Assembly: GCA_951406725.2 (NCBI GenBank)
Contig: OX597834.1
Span: 25,482,001-25,546,000 of the forward strand
Origin: Octopus vulgaris
Taxonomy: Eukaryota
Direction: 5' to 3'
Length of the DNA stretch: 64,000 nucleotides
The position numbers were made by a program, and so were the translations under genes. The notes under the pieces were generated by a model. The model was given only the letters and a program-made list of their open reading frames with translations. It was not told where the DNA came from and made no database searches. Every line of letters starts with the position of its first letter. The stretch's first letter is position 1. This document shows positions 12,850-25,957 of this stretch, in pieces.

Positions 12850-12850
<1 letters not shown>
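12543..12850 (-). mobile_element. Penelope-like non-autonomous/terminal-repeat fragment inserted in (TA)n
   Basis: Flanked by TA microsatellite on both sides, carries a hammerhead-like core (12676-12713), and lies next to a GIY-YIG relic. Confidence 0.5.
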
Positions 12851-12897
<47 letters not shown>

Positions 12898-13329
12898 CAT
12901 GTATGTATGGATAGTTTACTTTTCTGCTAAGATCAAGAAAAAGCACTCCATCCAGTGAGAGATAGATAAATATTTAATGTGCACAGTATAAAGATATGAG
13001 CTACTAATGCATTAGCAAGGTGAGTCTAGGCAATTGTGTCTCCAAGCAATCTGCAGGCTCTGAGCACAAAACCTATTCAATTTACAAACCAGAATGCTGG
13101 AACAAGAGAAATCATGAAAAAAAGCAAGAAAGTAGATGCAAAAATTGGTAGGGTAGAAAAAAAAAAACAGAAAAAAGAAATGAAAAAAAGAAAAGAAAAT
13201 TAGAGTTATGTCCCTTGAGACTGTAAAGCCATAACAAAGCTAATTATAGAATGATTCAATAGTGGTGTGCAAGACAGTGTGTGAGACAGTAGCTCTATCT
13301 GGCAATGGTGGTGTTCTCTAGATCACCAA

Positions 13330-13905
13330 AAGAAGTTTGTCCATATGTTTGCATTTGCTGATAACTTCTGATCTGAAATTCAGTAGTGTGCTGGGATTCT
13401 TAGATCTAAAAAGAATGTACAGTTATGCATAACATATAGCATGGATTTCTCAATAATTTTACACTTGACTTGTATGTGGTGTGGAGTTGCTCTTCAAGCT
13501 CCATACAAGGCTGACCAACTTAGTAACTTTACTTCTGTCGATGTGCCAGAAAGGAGATAGGTGGTTTAAAATCTTCGCATAACCTGATGAAATTCCTCTT
13601 TTCAGTTAAGTTATCTTGAAGTATTGCTGTGACTGCTGCCTCGCATATGACAGAATTTATCATACACACTCGGTCAAGTGGGCAAGCTTCAGGGTCTTGA
13701 CGGTTACAACTGGAAGTGGGATCTTGGAGATGTTTACAAGTGATAATTTTCTTAATATTGGGGCAGCAGCTGTATGATATTGAACATCTGCTAAAAATGT
13801 TCCTGTACTTGTGTTTTACAAGGAAATGCTTATCTAAAAGCAACTGAAATTTCTTGCCTATAACAGTTTTAATATTTAGGGAGACAGAGCAGAGGCAAAC
13901 CAAAT
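13330..13905 (-). pseudogene. Decayed Penelope-like element: RT C-terminal linker plus GIY-YIG endonuclease fragment
   Basis: SLNIKTVIGKKFQLLLDKHF..KHKYRNIF...SYSCCPNIKKII...CNRQDPEACPLDRVCMINSVICEAAV...NFIRLCEDFK matches the PLE pattern S.NVKTNIGK.FL.L.DKHF...SYSC..N...CNC...CPL...C...VIY.A.V...YIG..E..FK. The catalytic motifs are degraded. Confidence 0.8.
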
Positions 13906-14863
13906 TATTTTCCTCAGTCTATTTTTATGATTCATATTTTTACACTTATTTCTGTACTTCTTTGAAATCGATAAATGTCTCTCCTGAAAAAGTCTCAAAA
14001 CTTCTGAAATATATCTTGTATGTGACATGACTGGGAACTTCTAATTGCAAGTACACTCAATCTAAAAGGCTTCTACACAGTTTCCATTGACCTAATTTCA
14101 TTCACAAATTGACCCAAGGCCATGAAAAACAAAACACTTATTGAGGATACCTGGCAGTAGTATTTTAACCCAGAACCTCATGATTGCAAAGCAAACTTCT
14201 TAATCATTCTAACACAATTGCATCTTGAGCCACAACTCATACACATGTACAGTTACACTACAAAAGCTAAAAACCCTTAAAACTCTGAGTATCTTTCATG
14301 ATGACTTCACAAACACAACTAAAACTGGATTTCCTTTTCAGTCAGGAAATACTTAGGAACTGATCAATTGATAACTCATTCCGAAAGGCTGAAATATAAT
14401 TAAAAGAGAACTTCTCCCACCTCTAGGAAGGTGGTGCTGGTACTACTATTACACACAACAAAGGAAGAAACTGGACACATTCACAACATTACAATCTCTA
14501 GCCTTCAAACAAAGAGCTTTTCTTCTCCCTCTGTTACCACAGCCTCAACTTCTCTATATTACTAACTTTCCTACCACAACCACTAATACTCAACCAACCC
14601 TAGACTAATGAGGACAATAAAAATTATTTATTTATTAAGAGAGGCAAGGGCAATGCAGGATAGCTTTTTGAGGACCTCCAAGTGGAAACAATAGTAATTA
14701 TTCTCAAACCAGAAACCTAGCCTACTTGCAAAAGAGTGGGCCCTTTCATTAAAACGAGCCAAGAACCAGATAATGGTGTTAAAGCAGGCTATGGGTTAAG
14801 TTTACCACCCAACAACTCTGACCACAAAAAACTAGAACAAATACTGTAAGCTATTTTGTTTAA

Positions 14864-16500
14864 TCGTCATCATCATCATCATCATTTAACATGTTTTCCA
14901 TGCTAGCATGGGTTGGATGGTTTGACAGGAGCTGGTAAGCTGAAGAGCTGCCCAGGCAACATGCCAACCACTCCACAAAGTGTACTGGGTTCTTTTACAC
15001 AGCACTGGCATGGGTGCTTCTAAAAGGCACCAGCACAGGTGCTTTTTATGTGGTACCAGCTCCCACAAACCTGCAGGATTAGGATTGCTCAGTTGAAGAG
15101 GGATGCAGGGGTCATGCCTGTATGCAATGCAAGAACAACTACAATTTTACTTAGCTTGACATGTTTTTTCAAGCACAGCAAATTGCCAAAAGTTCCAGTC
15201 CCTTGTCACCTCTCTGCTAGGCCCAATGTCTGAAGATCCTTTCTCACCACTAATTTCCATGTTTTCCTCCACAATTAGAGATCAGCACTCCTTGATGCAG
15301 CTATCTTCATTCATGTGCTTTACATGACCATATCGGCACAGACTTCTCTCTTGCACACTACATCTGATCCTTCATGTAGCCAGTTTTTCTCTCAAATCAC
15401 TTACACCGTCGTATACGCACACTGACATTACCCATCCAATGGAGCAAACTGGCTTCATTTCGTTCAAGTTTTTGCATGTTCTCAGTAGTCATAACCCATG
15501 TTTCACTGCCATGCAGCATAGCTGTTTGTACACAGGTACCATACAATCTGCCCTTCACTCTGAAGGTAAGGCACCTTGTTACCAACAGAAGTAGTAGCTC
15601 TCTGAACTTTGCCCAGCCCATTCTTATTCTGGCAGCTATGTTTTCAAAACAACCTCCACCACAGCCAACTTGGTCACCTAAATAACAGAAACTGTCAACT
15701 ACTTCCAAGGGGCCACCCTGACATATGAGGGAGTCTATTTTTTTGTACATTCCTGGTGTTTAATGTACTCCCACATCTTCTACATGTAAAGACAACTTTC
15801 TTTGTTAGTCTTCCAGTGATACTACTGCACCTCTTGTGTCCATAGCGTGCATTAGGTACACTATATAGAGTTTCTACCAATATCTTTTCTACATATCAAG
15901 CAGGGCCATCTCGCTGAAAGGAGATGTGATATATCTGCTTTCCCACTTAATAAGGACTTCATTCTTTACTAAATTAACTGTAAGGCCCTTTGATTCCAGA
16001 CCTTGCTTCCACACCTGAAATTTCTTCTCCAGTTCTGGTAGTGATTCAGCAATAAGAACAAGGTCATCAGTGCAGAGAAGCTCCCAAGGGCAGCCAGTCT
16101 TGAATTCCTCTGTTATAGCCTGGAGCACTATGATAAACGAAAGGAGGCGGAGAACCAATCCACAGTGGACTCCTACTTGTACACTAAATTCCTGACTATA
16201 CGCATTGGCAACTTTCACCTTACTGACAGCATCCCTGTACATGGCAGTCACCAACCACCTCATCTATCCCTAGCTTCTGCATTGCCCACCAGATAAGGGT
16301 GAGGGGGGACTCTGTCAAAGGCTTTGTCCAGTTCAACAAAAGCCAAATACAGAGGTTTATTTTTGGCGAAGTACTTCTGCAGTTGCCTCACCCAGTGGTG
16401 CTTCTTCCTGGTATGAATCTCTTCCTAATTAATCGAGCTATGACCCTTTCTGCAATTTTCATTACCAGCAATTTGATGACTTGGTAATTATTTCAATCTG
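14864..16500 (-). mobile_element. Decayed 5'-truncated RTE-like LINE (RT domain, internal Zn finger, 3' UTR, (ATG)n tail)
   Basis: Frameshifted RT motifs: LYLAFVELDKAFDRVP, VQVGVHCG..L..LSFIIVL, WELLCTDDLVL (degenerate YADD), EVVDSFCYLG, AMLHGSETW. The 3' UTR has the ccatgctagcatgg palindrome and a (cat)n tail at ~14865-14885. Confidence 0.92.
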
Positions 16501-16524
16501 CCAATGATTCTGTTAGGCCTCATA

Positions 16525-16745
16525 TCATCATCATCATCATCATCGTTTAGCGTCTACTTTCCATGCTGGCATGGGTTGGACGGTGCAACTGGGGTCTGGG
16601 AAGCCAGAAGGCTGCGCCAGGCCCAGTCTGATCTGGCAGTGTTTCTACGGCTGGATGCCCTTCCTAACGCCAACCACTCTATGAGTGTAGAGGGAGCTTT
16701 TTACGTGCCACCTACACAGGTGCCAGACAAGTCTGGCAAACGGCC
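16525..16745 (-). mobile_element. RTE-LINE 3'-end fragment with (ATG)n tail
   Basis: catcatcatcgtttagcgtc...ccatgctggcatggg...ggatgcccttcctaacgccaaccact. Similar fragments at ~11430-11540, 12270-12500, 28790-28980, 34195-34292, 37205-37460, 45770-45935 and 58590-58745. Confidence 0.8.
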
Positions 16746-16778
16746 ACATAATAATAATAATAATAATAATAATAATAG

Positions 16779-17345
16779 ATGCAGTACCAGGCAGTGGTTC
16801 TCATGGCTTCTGATCTTAACTGATTGAAAATGTTATCATGTACATTGTTTTGTCTTGGTATAAAATATGGTCTACAGCAAATATTCTGCTCAACAGCACA
16901 GATTTGCTTGTCAGTTGTTTGACCGTAACCAGTTGACCATGTCCCTTAGAGACAGATGATATATGCATCTCTGATCACGAGCAGAAGTAGTGGGGGAGCG
17001 TCATAGCCATGTGTTGAGAGGAATTCTTTGGGGTTTGAATAATTCACCCCTGGAAACATGGGTGTTTTGTTCAACATCCTTAAGCAACCATTATTCAGGG
17101 ACCTCTTGAGCGGGATGGGTTACTCGACCAGAAGAAAACTCTAACTGGGCCCCACATGCAAGGTCATGTGCTGTTTATCTTGATATGAGATCACCATGTC
17201 GCGCAAACATGGTTGTGATGCATGTGCCAAGTGTACCCTTATCAGACGGGTAGTCATGATGGGTATACTGGGCTTCATATATTTTACCCCAGTGTCACTT
17301 TGATGGCATGCACTGCTCTCTCACTCAATGATAATAATAATAATC
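16779..17345 (+). mobile_element. Repeat family D (~560 bp, (AAT)n tail)
   Basis: Flanked by (AAT)n on both sides; the reverse-complement copy at 55355-55930 has the same ends. Confidence 0.8.
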
Positions 17346-17605
17346 ATCATCATGGTTTCAATTTTAGCACAAAGCCAGCAGTTTTAGAGGTGGGGTTAAG
17401 TCAATTACATCAACCCCCGAGTGCTCAACTGGTACTGATTTTATTGAACCTGAAAGGATAAATGGCAAAGTTGACCTTGGTGGAATTTGAACTCAGAACA
17501 TAAAGATGGACAAAATGCCACAAAGCATTATGCCAGCTCGTTGCTTTAATAATAACAATGCTAAGTAGGTATTTTGACATTTGTTGTTGTTATTTATTTC
17601 AACAG

Positions 17606-17783
<178 letters not shown>

Positions 17784-18566
17784 ACTATCAAAAAATAACA
17801 TGAGTCATCAACTATGAAGTAGTAAAAGAAACGGTCACTTGCAGGGTATACACAGTGTAGAGGTGGGGTTTGGATGGGTTTATAGTTTCAGAAAAGAGAC
17901 ACTAGAGAGGAGGAGATGGAGGGGAAGTGTCAGTAGCGGTGAGTGGGAAAGTGTAATTATCACCTACTTGGAAGTGCCCAACAACAACAACAACCCACAG
18001 CTCTTGTTTCAAAGTTAACTGCTACAACACATCCTGCTCTACTTTACCTAGAAATATAACAACACCATCTACCACTCTCTGCTCACCCACCTTTTACACG
18101 CACACACACACATACACATACACACTACCATTTTAGATTCACTGTTTCATATCTGAACCCCAACTTTTCCTTTCATGATTATGTGGCTAAGAAGTTCACT
18201 TCCCGGCCACAAGGTTTGTTCTGGGTTCAATCCCACTGCATGGCACCTTGGGTGTTTTCTGCTATAGCTCTGGCTAAGCAAAGCCACTACAATTGGATTT
18301 GCCTTTCCCTTTATATGGATTCTCAAGGGACTGTATGGACCCGGATGAGAACCACTAATCTAGTGCTTTAGATAGACCCCCACCTCCTCCATTTCATTAA
18401 AGACCATAGTGTATACTCCAACATGCATTGATGTATTTTATGAAATGCAGAGAGAAACAGTCCAGATATGTTGTATTCTTCAAAAACCAGCAAAACATGC
18501 CTTTATGAAAAAGGTTGACCAGCAATAAATAGCAGCAATTTTTTTTAGAAAATGGATAAATTTCTA

Positions 18567-18896
<330 letters not shown>

Positions 18897-19322
18897 TTAA
18901 GTACTAGCACCAATCAAATTCACTCAAACCCACACCAAAATCTTTTTAATGACTTGCAGAGATGCTGTATTTTGCTATGCAAGTCATTAATATGTAGGTA
19001 CCAGCTGCCAGGAATGTGTTTGATATGTAAAATTGGTATAACAAATAATGTTCCACTGCTGTATTTAGTGGTTATTTAAGCAATTAGTTGTGGATAGTTG
19101 ATGGGTTGGATGTGGTGCTGATGAAGAAGCAAGAACTGAAATATGGCATATACATCTATTACCCATTTTCCCATCTTCTGTCGCATTGTTGCTTACATTA
19201 TGTATATTCGGATTTGAAACATAACAAATCAGTGCTGGTTATAATTTCTATAAAAAAACCCAGCAGAGATAACCTCAACACCAAAATCTTTGACATTGTG
19301 CCCATTTTAGCACTCATTCCGA

Positions 19323-19353
<31 letters not shown>

Positions 19354-19529
19354 AAACAGTGGTGATCAACAAAGTGATGCATACCTTGTGGTCTTTTATA
19401 CAATCTGTCACAAAGTAATTACAATTTAGTATATCCACCCTACTTCCAACACCCTACCATCAACTCTGCAATATTGGTTCCTCAAAATGCAAATAAGTGA
19501 AAAAAAAAAATTCATTTACAAATCTCTGA

Positions 19530-19690
19530 GCCACCTGCTAGAAATAGCACCAAAATCTCACTCAAATCACATCCCAACATGGAAAAAAAAACCCCCCCAT
19601 AAGAATAAACACAATGTAGTCCAAGGTAACCCCTAAAAGTTGAGATGGTCATGTCTGAAGGGCTTTGACCATATGTTAGACACTACTAGC
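19530..19690 (+). repeat. Old, highly diverged interspersed repeat family E (representative copy)
   Basis: The motif ctgctagaaatagcagccaaatctc..tcaaatcaca...ggataatgtagtcctagatac recurs at ~23470, 24900, 26010, 54830, 59740, 60310 and 63080, and reverse-complemented at ~11640, 22430, 26280, 26510, 41800, 42950 and 43880. Confidence 0.65.
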
Positions 19691-19744
19691 AGGGGTAGTG
19701 CAGACCCTCAGGAAACTCATCTAAGACAGAGAAGGTGATACTTA

Positions 19745-19981
<237 letters not shown>

Positions 19982-19987
19982 TTATCT

Positions 19988-20170
19988 TTTCTTTATTGCC
20001 CACAAGGGGCTAAACATAGAGGGGACAAACAAGGACAGACAAAGGGATTAAGTCGATTATATCGACCCAGTGCGAAACTGGTACTTTATTTATCAACCCC
20101 GAGAGGATGAAAGGCAAAGTCGACCCCGGCAGAATTTGAACTCAGAACGTAACGACAGACGAAATACCGC
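19988..20170 (-). mobile_element. SINE family B, 5'-truncated
   Basis: Near-identical to 12016-12246 but lacking the 5' head. Confidence 0.85.
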
Positions 20171-20197
20171 TATACACATATATATATATTACATACA

Positions 20198-20420
20198 TAT
20201 AAGGAGGTGCTGAAAAGTTCCTGGTTTTGAGTGAAAGAAAATACTGGAGGATCAGTTAATTATGATTTTATTCAACATATTCCCCTCTCAGATTCACACA
20301 CTTATTGCAGTGGTCCTTCAGTTTTTCTAAGACTTGTAAAAGAACTTAGCAGGTCAGGCCTCCAACCAGGCCTTTCATAATACCCTTAAGGCCAGAAACG
20401 TTTCAATACCCCACCACATA
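20198..20420. mobile_element. Mariner/Tc1-type MITE (~220 bp)
   Basis: Ends ta-aggaggtgctgaaaagttcctgg ... ccagaaacgtttcaatacccc; same family as 43260-43838. Confidence 0.7.
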
Positions 20421-20427
20421 TATATAT

Positions 20428-20502
<75 letters not shown>

Positions 20503-23500
20503 CGTACACACACACATATATATATATATGTACACACACACACACATATATATACACATACATATAAATATATATCAATACATACAAATACATATCAATC
20601 CATACACAGAAATAAATATATATTGATATATATACACATAGATACATATACATATATATATGAGAGTGGGCTGGAAAGTTCATAGGCTGACTATGAAGGA
20701 GTGATGCTACAGCTGTGAAATTTTGCATGCATTCATTTCAACTCTTCTTATAACTAACCGCATTGTTTTTTTTCCAGGTAAACAGACATCTGGCTGTTCA
20801 AAGAAACCTTTAGAAGTAACTAGTAGCAACTTATCTTGAAAATCAACAAAATTTAGCCTTGTAGTGTTATGAAATGCCTCCAGAAAAAAGGGTTTACCCA
20901 CCAATGACATTCATGGTTGCTACACAATACATATATACAGGTTGAATCAGTTTTTTTAGGACATCTCTTTCAAGAACCCTAACGTTTTCTAAATTTTTTT
21001 TTTTTTTTTACTTTTCGGGGTCAATAAATTAAGTACCAGTTGCATACTAGGGTTGATCTAATCGACTGCCCCCCCCCCCCCTCACTCCCCTAAATTTTGG
21101 GGCCTTGTGTCAAGAGTAGAAAAGATTATGTATACAACTTTTGCTACTCTGGGGTGCACATTTTTTTATTTTAGTTGTTTATGCTAATACAATCTTCTTG
21201 TCACTGCATGGACCGCTTTCTCTCTAAATTTTTCTCCCAAACTTGTTTCATCTTAACCCGTTTCAGTTACTTTCTTTCCTTTTCCTCCTGCCTTTTTTTC
21301 CCATCCTTCTCCTCCAGAAGTTTTGCACTAAACTTACCTAGTCAGCAGTTTTGCCCTAAATTATTTTTCCCTGTATTATAATTAGCTGAATGTCCATTAA
21401 ATTATGCCAATATTTTATTGATTCTGAAATATTCTTTCGGAACTCTTCTTTCCTGATTAATTAAGTTGAGTGAATGAACAGATAATGGTAAATTTATAGT
21501 AATATCGGACAATGAGGGGGTTTTAGAGCAGCACCAGCAGATGCCTTTGAATGTTCTTGATATGCTCAATTATCAAGCTTGGTGCCAACTATTTGCTGTA
21601 TTTAAGTAAATTCTGCTACTGCGAGTTTTTGCTGGTGAGGTTGCTCAGATTGATGTCTTCTTTAGGATATTAATGCCCATAACTGTCCTTATATTTATAA
21701 ATTTATTCCACTATCCATCCCCTCTAGATTGAGAGGTTGAGAACACACAAGTCACTGGTAACTTGTTTATTTGGTGGCCTGATGAGTTAATGGTTTATGT
21801 AACATATTATGCAATCTAGCAAATTGTATAATGCTTATGTCACAATAAAGACACCCAAGGAAACAACTGTAGCAATACCAGATAACCATTTGTCTATTTT
21901 TATTACACACACGGGTATCCCCACCCCCTCCCAGAGCTTTACAGAAACATATTTCTGGAAATCTAGCCATAACATGGACTCTGTGGAGTGAAACTTGTTG
22001 CAGGAACTATTTCGGGGGCATGGAAGAAAGAAAATGGAAAATAGGTGTTGTGTATGGAATCCCACACTATGGCAAGATTTTCTGGAATGTAACATTTCTG
22101 TAAGGAGTGGAGGGTCGTATTTACAGGAGTATCAATACTGCATGGGCTAGCAATATGGAAAGGAGTTGTGTCAGTGACAATGTGTATGTACACACACACA
22201 CACTTGAAAGGTAAGATATTTGTCACTGCCCAGGCTCAAGTAAATATGGCTAAATTAAAATCTTTCAGTAGTAGTAGTAGTAGTAGTGGCGGTGACAATA
22301 ACCTAAGAGTAATGACTCAAGAGTAATAGTAGTGGTGGTAACCTTAGAGATAACCACACTGGAACCTGCCTGTTTTATATTTATTAACCTCAGATAAGCA
22401 GTGACTCACTACTGATAAGAAAGAAAAAAAGCATTCCAACCATGACAATCCAGTGATTCTCTCATGATCAGTGTACCCTTGTCTGTATTATGTAACATAT
22501 CTGGAGTTTTTTAAAGACAGTTGTGTATAATTCTAAGGAGAACTGGCTGCTATTTCAAACAGGTCAAGCAATGAGGTTGAGAGGTTCTACTCACTTGAAT
22601 TGTATAACCAGCCTATAAAACAAATTCATGAGTTCAATCCAAACCCATGATGACTGAGTCCTACCTATAGGAAACAAGGCTTTAATAATATTTGGTTCTA
22701 GTAGAGGGATAAGGCCAGAAATTTAGGGGATGAGGGTTAGTGGAGTATATCAACCCCAGTATTTGACTGGTACTTTATCAACCCTAAAAGGATGAAAGGT
22801 AAAGTTGACCTAAGAAAGATTTGAACTCACAATGTACAGAGCCAGAAAAAGTGTCACAAGCTAGTATGTCCAATGCTCCAGCAGTTCTACCAACCTACTA
22901 TGCTACTACTGCTGCTGCTTCCACTACCACCACCACCACAACCGATTAACCAAAATTTTGTTCTCCAGGTCAAGCCACTATTTCTCTGCATTAAAGGTCA
23001 CAGCTCTAGTACTATAAACATGTGATTAGAATGTTGCAGGAAAGAATTGAAAGACGGATTCTTCAAGCTGAGCAAACCGTTAGGAGACCTGGGGTAGACC
23101 AAGAATGAGACAGTAATATCTATAATCTCAGTTGGTCACACTTAGGAATCCAGCCAGAAAGTGGTTGCTTCTGATTGGACCCTGGAGAGGAATTACTTGA
23201 GGACTTTACTCTTACGACCCTCCTAGGAATAGTGGGCAAAGAAGGTGCCTGGCTGGATTAGTATGAAAGCCAACCACTGCCCAACCCACGCCCGCATAGA
23301 AAACAGATGTTAAAGGATAATGATGATGATGATGAAGAAACAAACTACTTGTTTAGTTGATAGTCGACAACATGCAAACACAATTAAGCTTTTTAACCTT
23401 TATGCAACACCAAAAAGAGGCCACAACTAGGTTAAAAGCCCTTCACGATAGTTTAACTAATCTAAAAGGGAGCCTCTATGAAGTCCTTTTACTTGTTGGA

Positions 23501-24146
23501 AATAGTAGCCAAATCTTACTTTCTAATATAAGATAGTCACACTGGATAATGTAAGCCTTGAGGCACTGAGCTTAGGAAAAAGATGGGACAGGCATGAGTG
23601 GACTGCCTCCAATCATACATAGGTCTGTTTGATTGAAGCCGACATGGGGAGTTAAACAGTTTTAAAACTCTCTCCTGACACAACTAAAAACTCCCTCAAA
23701 TTTTTAACTAAAAAAAATTAAAAACACAGAATTGTTTAACTTTTAATAAAACTGTCACCTAATCAGATTATTCATATGATGAGAGAATGGATTGCTAAGT
23801 TTAACAATTAATTAAATATTCTCTCAACAACCAATAAAAAAAAAAAAAAGAAGTGCTTTATGTTGTTTAGTTCCTATGTCAACGTGAAATATGCAGAGAT
23901 AAACACAAAGATCTCTCTCTCTCTCATATTTTTTATTTGTTTATCTTATCTTTTATTTCAAGGTCATGTCAAGGTATGCCCTTAAAAGGTTTAATCAAAC
24001 TGACCCCAGTACTTAATTTTAAGCTTGATACTTATTCTATTAGTCTCTTCTGCCAAACTGCCAAGTTGCAGGAATGTAAACAAACCACCACCAGTTGTAA
24101 AGTAGTGGTGGGGGACAAACATATATATATATATATATATATATAT

Positions 24147-24436
24147 GTGGAGGTGCAAAGGCCCAGTGGTTAAGGCAGCAGACTCGCAGTCGTAGGATCA
24201 CGGTTTCGATTCCCAGAACGAGCGTTGTGAGTGTTTATTGAGCAAAACACCTAAAAGCTCCACGAGGCCCCGGCAGGGGGTGGTGATCCCTGCTGTACTC
24301 TTTCGCCACTCTTCTCTTTCTTTTTCTGTTGGCCTGCTCACTTAGCCAGTGGGGTGGCGTCATTTGAAGGCTAAAACAATGTGAACGCATTGTGACCAGT
24401 GATGTGTAGCAACATCTGATGGTCTGGTCGGTCACA

Positions 24437-24437
<1 letters not shown>
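24147..24437 (+). mobile_element. tRNA-derived SINE: family C head with an alternative 3' tail
   Basis: A-box/B-box head (ggcccagtggttaagg...ggtttcgattccc). The first ~160 bp is shared with 33756 and 57261, the tail is different. Inserted into (TA)n. Confidence 0.8.
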
Positions 24438-24494
<57 letters not shown>

Positions 24495-24648
24495 ACATAC
24501 ATACAATTAGTTTCTTTCAGTTTCCATCTACCATACCTACTCTCAAGGCCCGGGGATACACAAAACATTTGCACAAGGTGCCATATAATGGGACTGAACT
24601 CACTACCACATGGTCGAGAAGCAAGCTTCTTAGCCACACAACCATGGC

Positions 24649-24704
<56 letters not shown>

Positions 24705-25654
24705 TACACCACACACAATGGGCTTCCAAACAGTTTCCATTTACTAAGTTTCCCTCAGACATTAGTCAACATAAGGCCATATTAAAAAAACACCTGCCTA
24801 AGATCTCACAGAAAAACTGATCTTAAAATCACAGAACTGCAATGTCAGTTTAATCTTGCAGCTACATCTCCAGCTATTTTAGATATTATACCGGCCAATA
24901 AAAGAAAATCTATGGTAGTGTCTCAACTTGCTAAAAACAGTAGTCAAATATAAACGGGCTGATGTAGCACTAGATACATAATACTAAAAAATAGGACAGA
25001 ATGGCCATGGATGGGTTTGGTTTGATTACTTCCAATCATAAACCTGCTTGCTGAATCAAGACAACATCAAGGGATCCTCGTTCAAGAATATCTGATAGGT
25101 TATGATACAACACATCTGAAGGTGGAGTCCAACAAAACAGTTTGATATAAAGAATCAAATGCAAAATATAAAAAAAAAAAAGATAATTTATTAGAAAAAG
25201 GAAAGGGAAAAACAGCTGAAACTGTTACTGTAGATTTATGGGCAAAGTCACTGTAGGCAATCAGTGTTGGAGTATGTGGCTGTGAGAGGTATGGCGGTTT
25301 CAAGTGTTCTATAATATGAGAAACAGATATCCTTGTGTAAAACTTACAGTCAATGCAACTATTGACATTTAGTTATGGTGTTACTGTTTAAAGACCAGTT
25401 TGTGTGGTTTTTTCATTTCCATGCCTGTAGTTCTGTTTGGTCAGATGCTGTCATGACCTGAACTACTAAGATTGTGAGAGCTATCATCATATGTAAATGA
25501 CCAGAAAAAAGAAAGTCCCTTTTCTTTATGTCACCTGCCTTGCTTTAGTGAGATGAGGGACAGGGAAGTTAATTCATTGACAATGTTCGTTACAGTTTTT
25601 GTAAGTGTATAGCCACAGGTTGGTCCTGAGTGAACAAACCTAAAATGACAATGG

Positions 25655-25957
25655 TTGTTTGTTCCTTCTCAAGCCACACCTGGCTCATAGGGCCGGTTTC
25701 CCGGTTTCCTTGGCATATAGGTTCCCCACCTGGACGGGACGCCGGTCCATCGCAGGTGAGCTACAAGATGCAGGAGGAATGAGTAAGAGAAAGTTGTGGC
25801 GAAAGAGTCAGCAGAAGTTCGCTATTACCTTCTGCCGGAGCTGCAAGGAGCTTAGGTGTTTCGCTCATAAACACACACATCGCCCGGTCTGAGATTCGAA
25901 CTCGCGATCCCTCGACCGCAAGCCCGCTGCTCTAACCACTAGGCCATGTGCCTCCAC
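25655..25957 (-). mobile_element. tRNA-derived SINE with V-domain-like core
   Basis: Head gtggaggcacatggcctagtggttaga...gttcgaatc; core cctgcgatggaccggcgtcccgtccagg; TSD aaaa(t/c)gacaatggt on both sides. Confidence 0.85.

Noticed and set aside
13022-13060. CTGCAGA...GACA caattg hammerhead-like trace downstream of the GIY-YIG relic
   Set aside because: Both core segments are mutated; too degenerate to call.
21778-21810. CTGATGA motifs (also at 8794, 9937, 26398, 43874)
   Set aside because: No correctly placed GAAA and stems; chance matches to the hammerhead core.
21480-22180. Possible ancient DNA-transposase (MULE-like) relic on the minus strand
   Set aside because: Only vague motif resemblance across many stops and frames; cannot be supported without a profile search.
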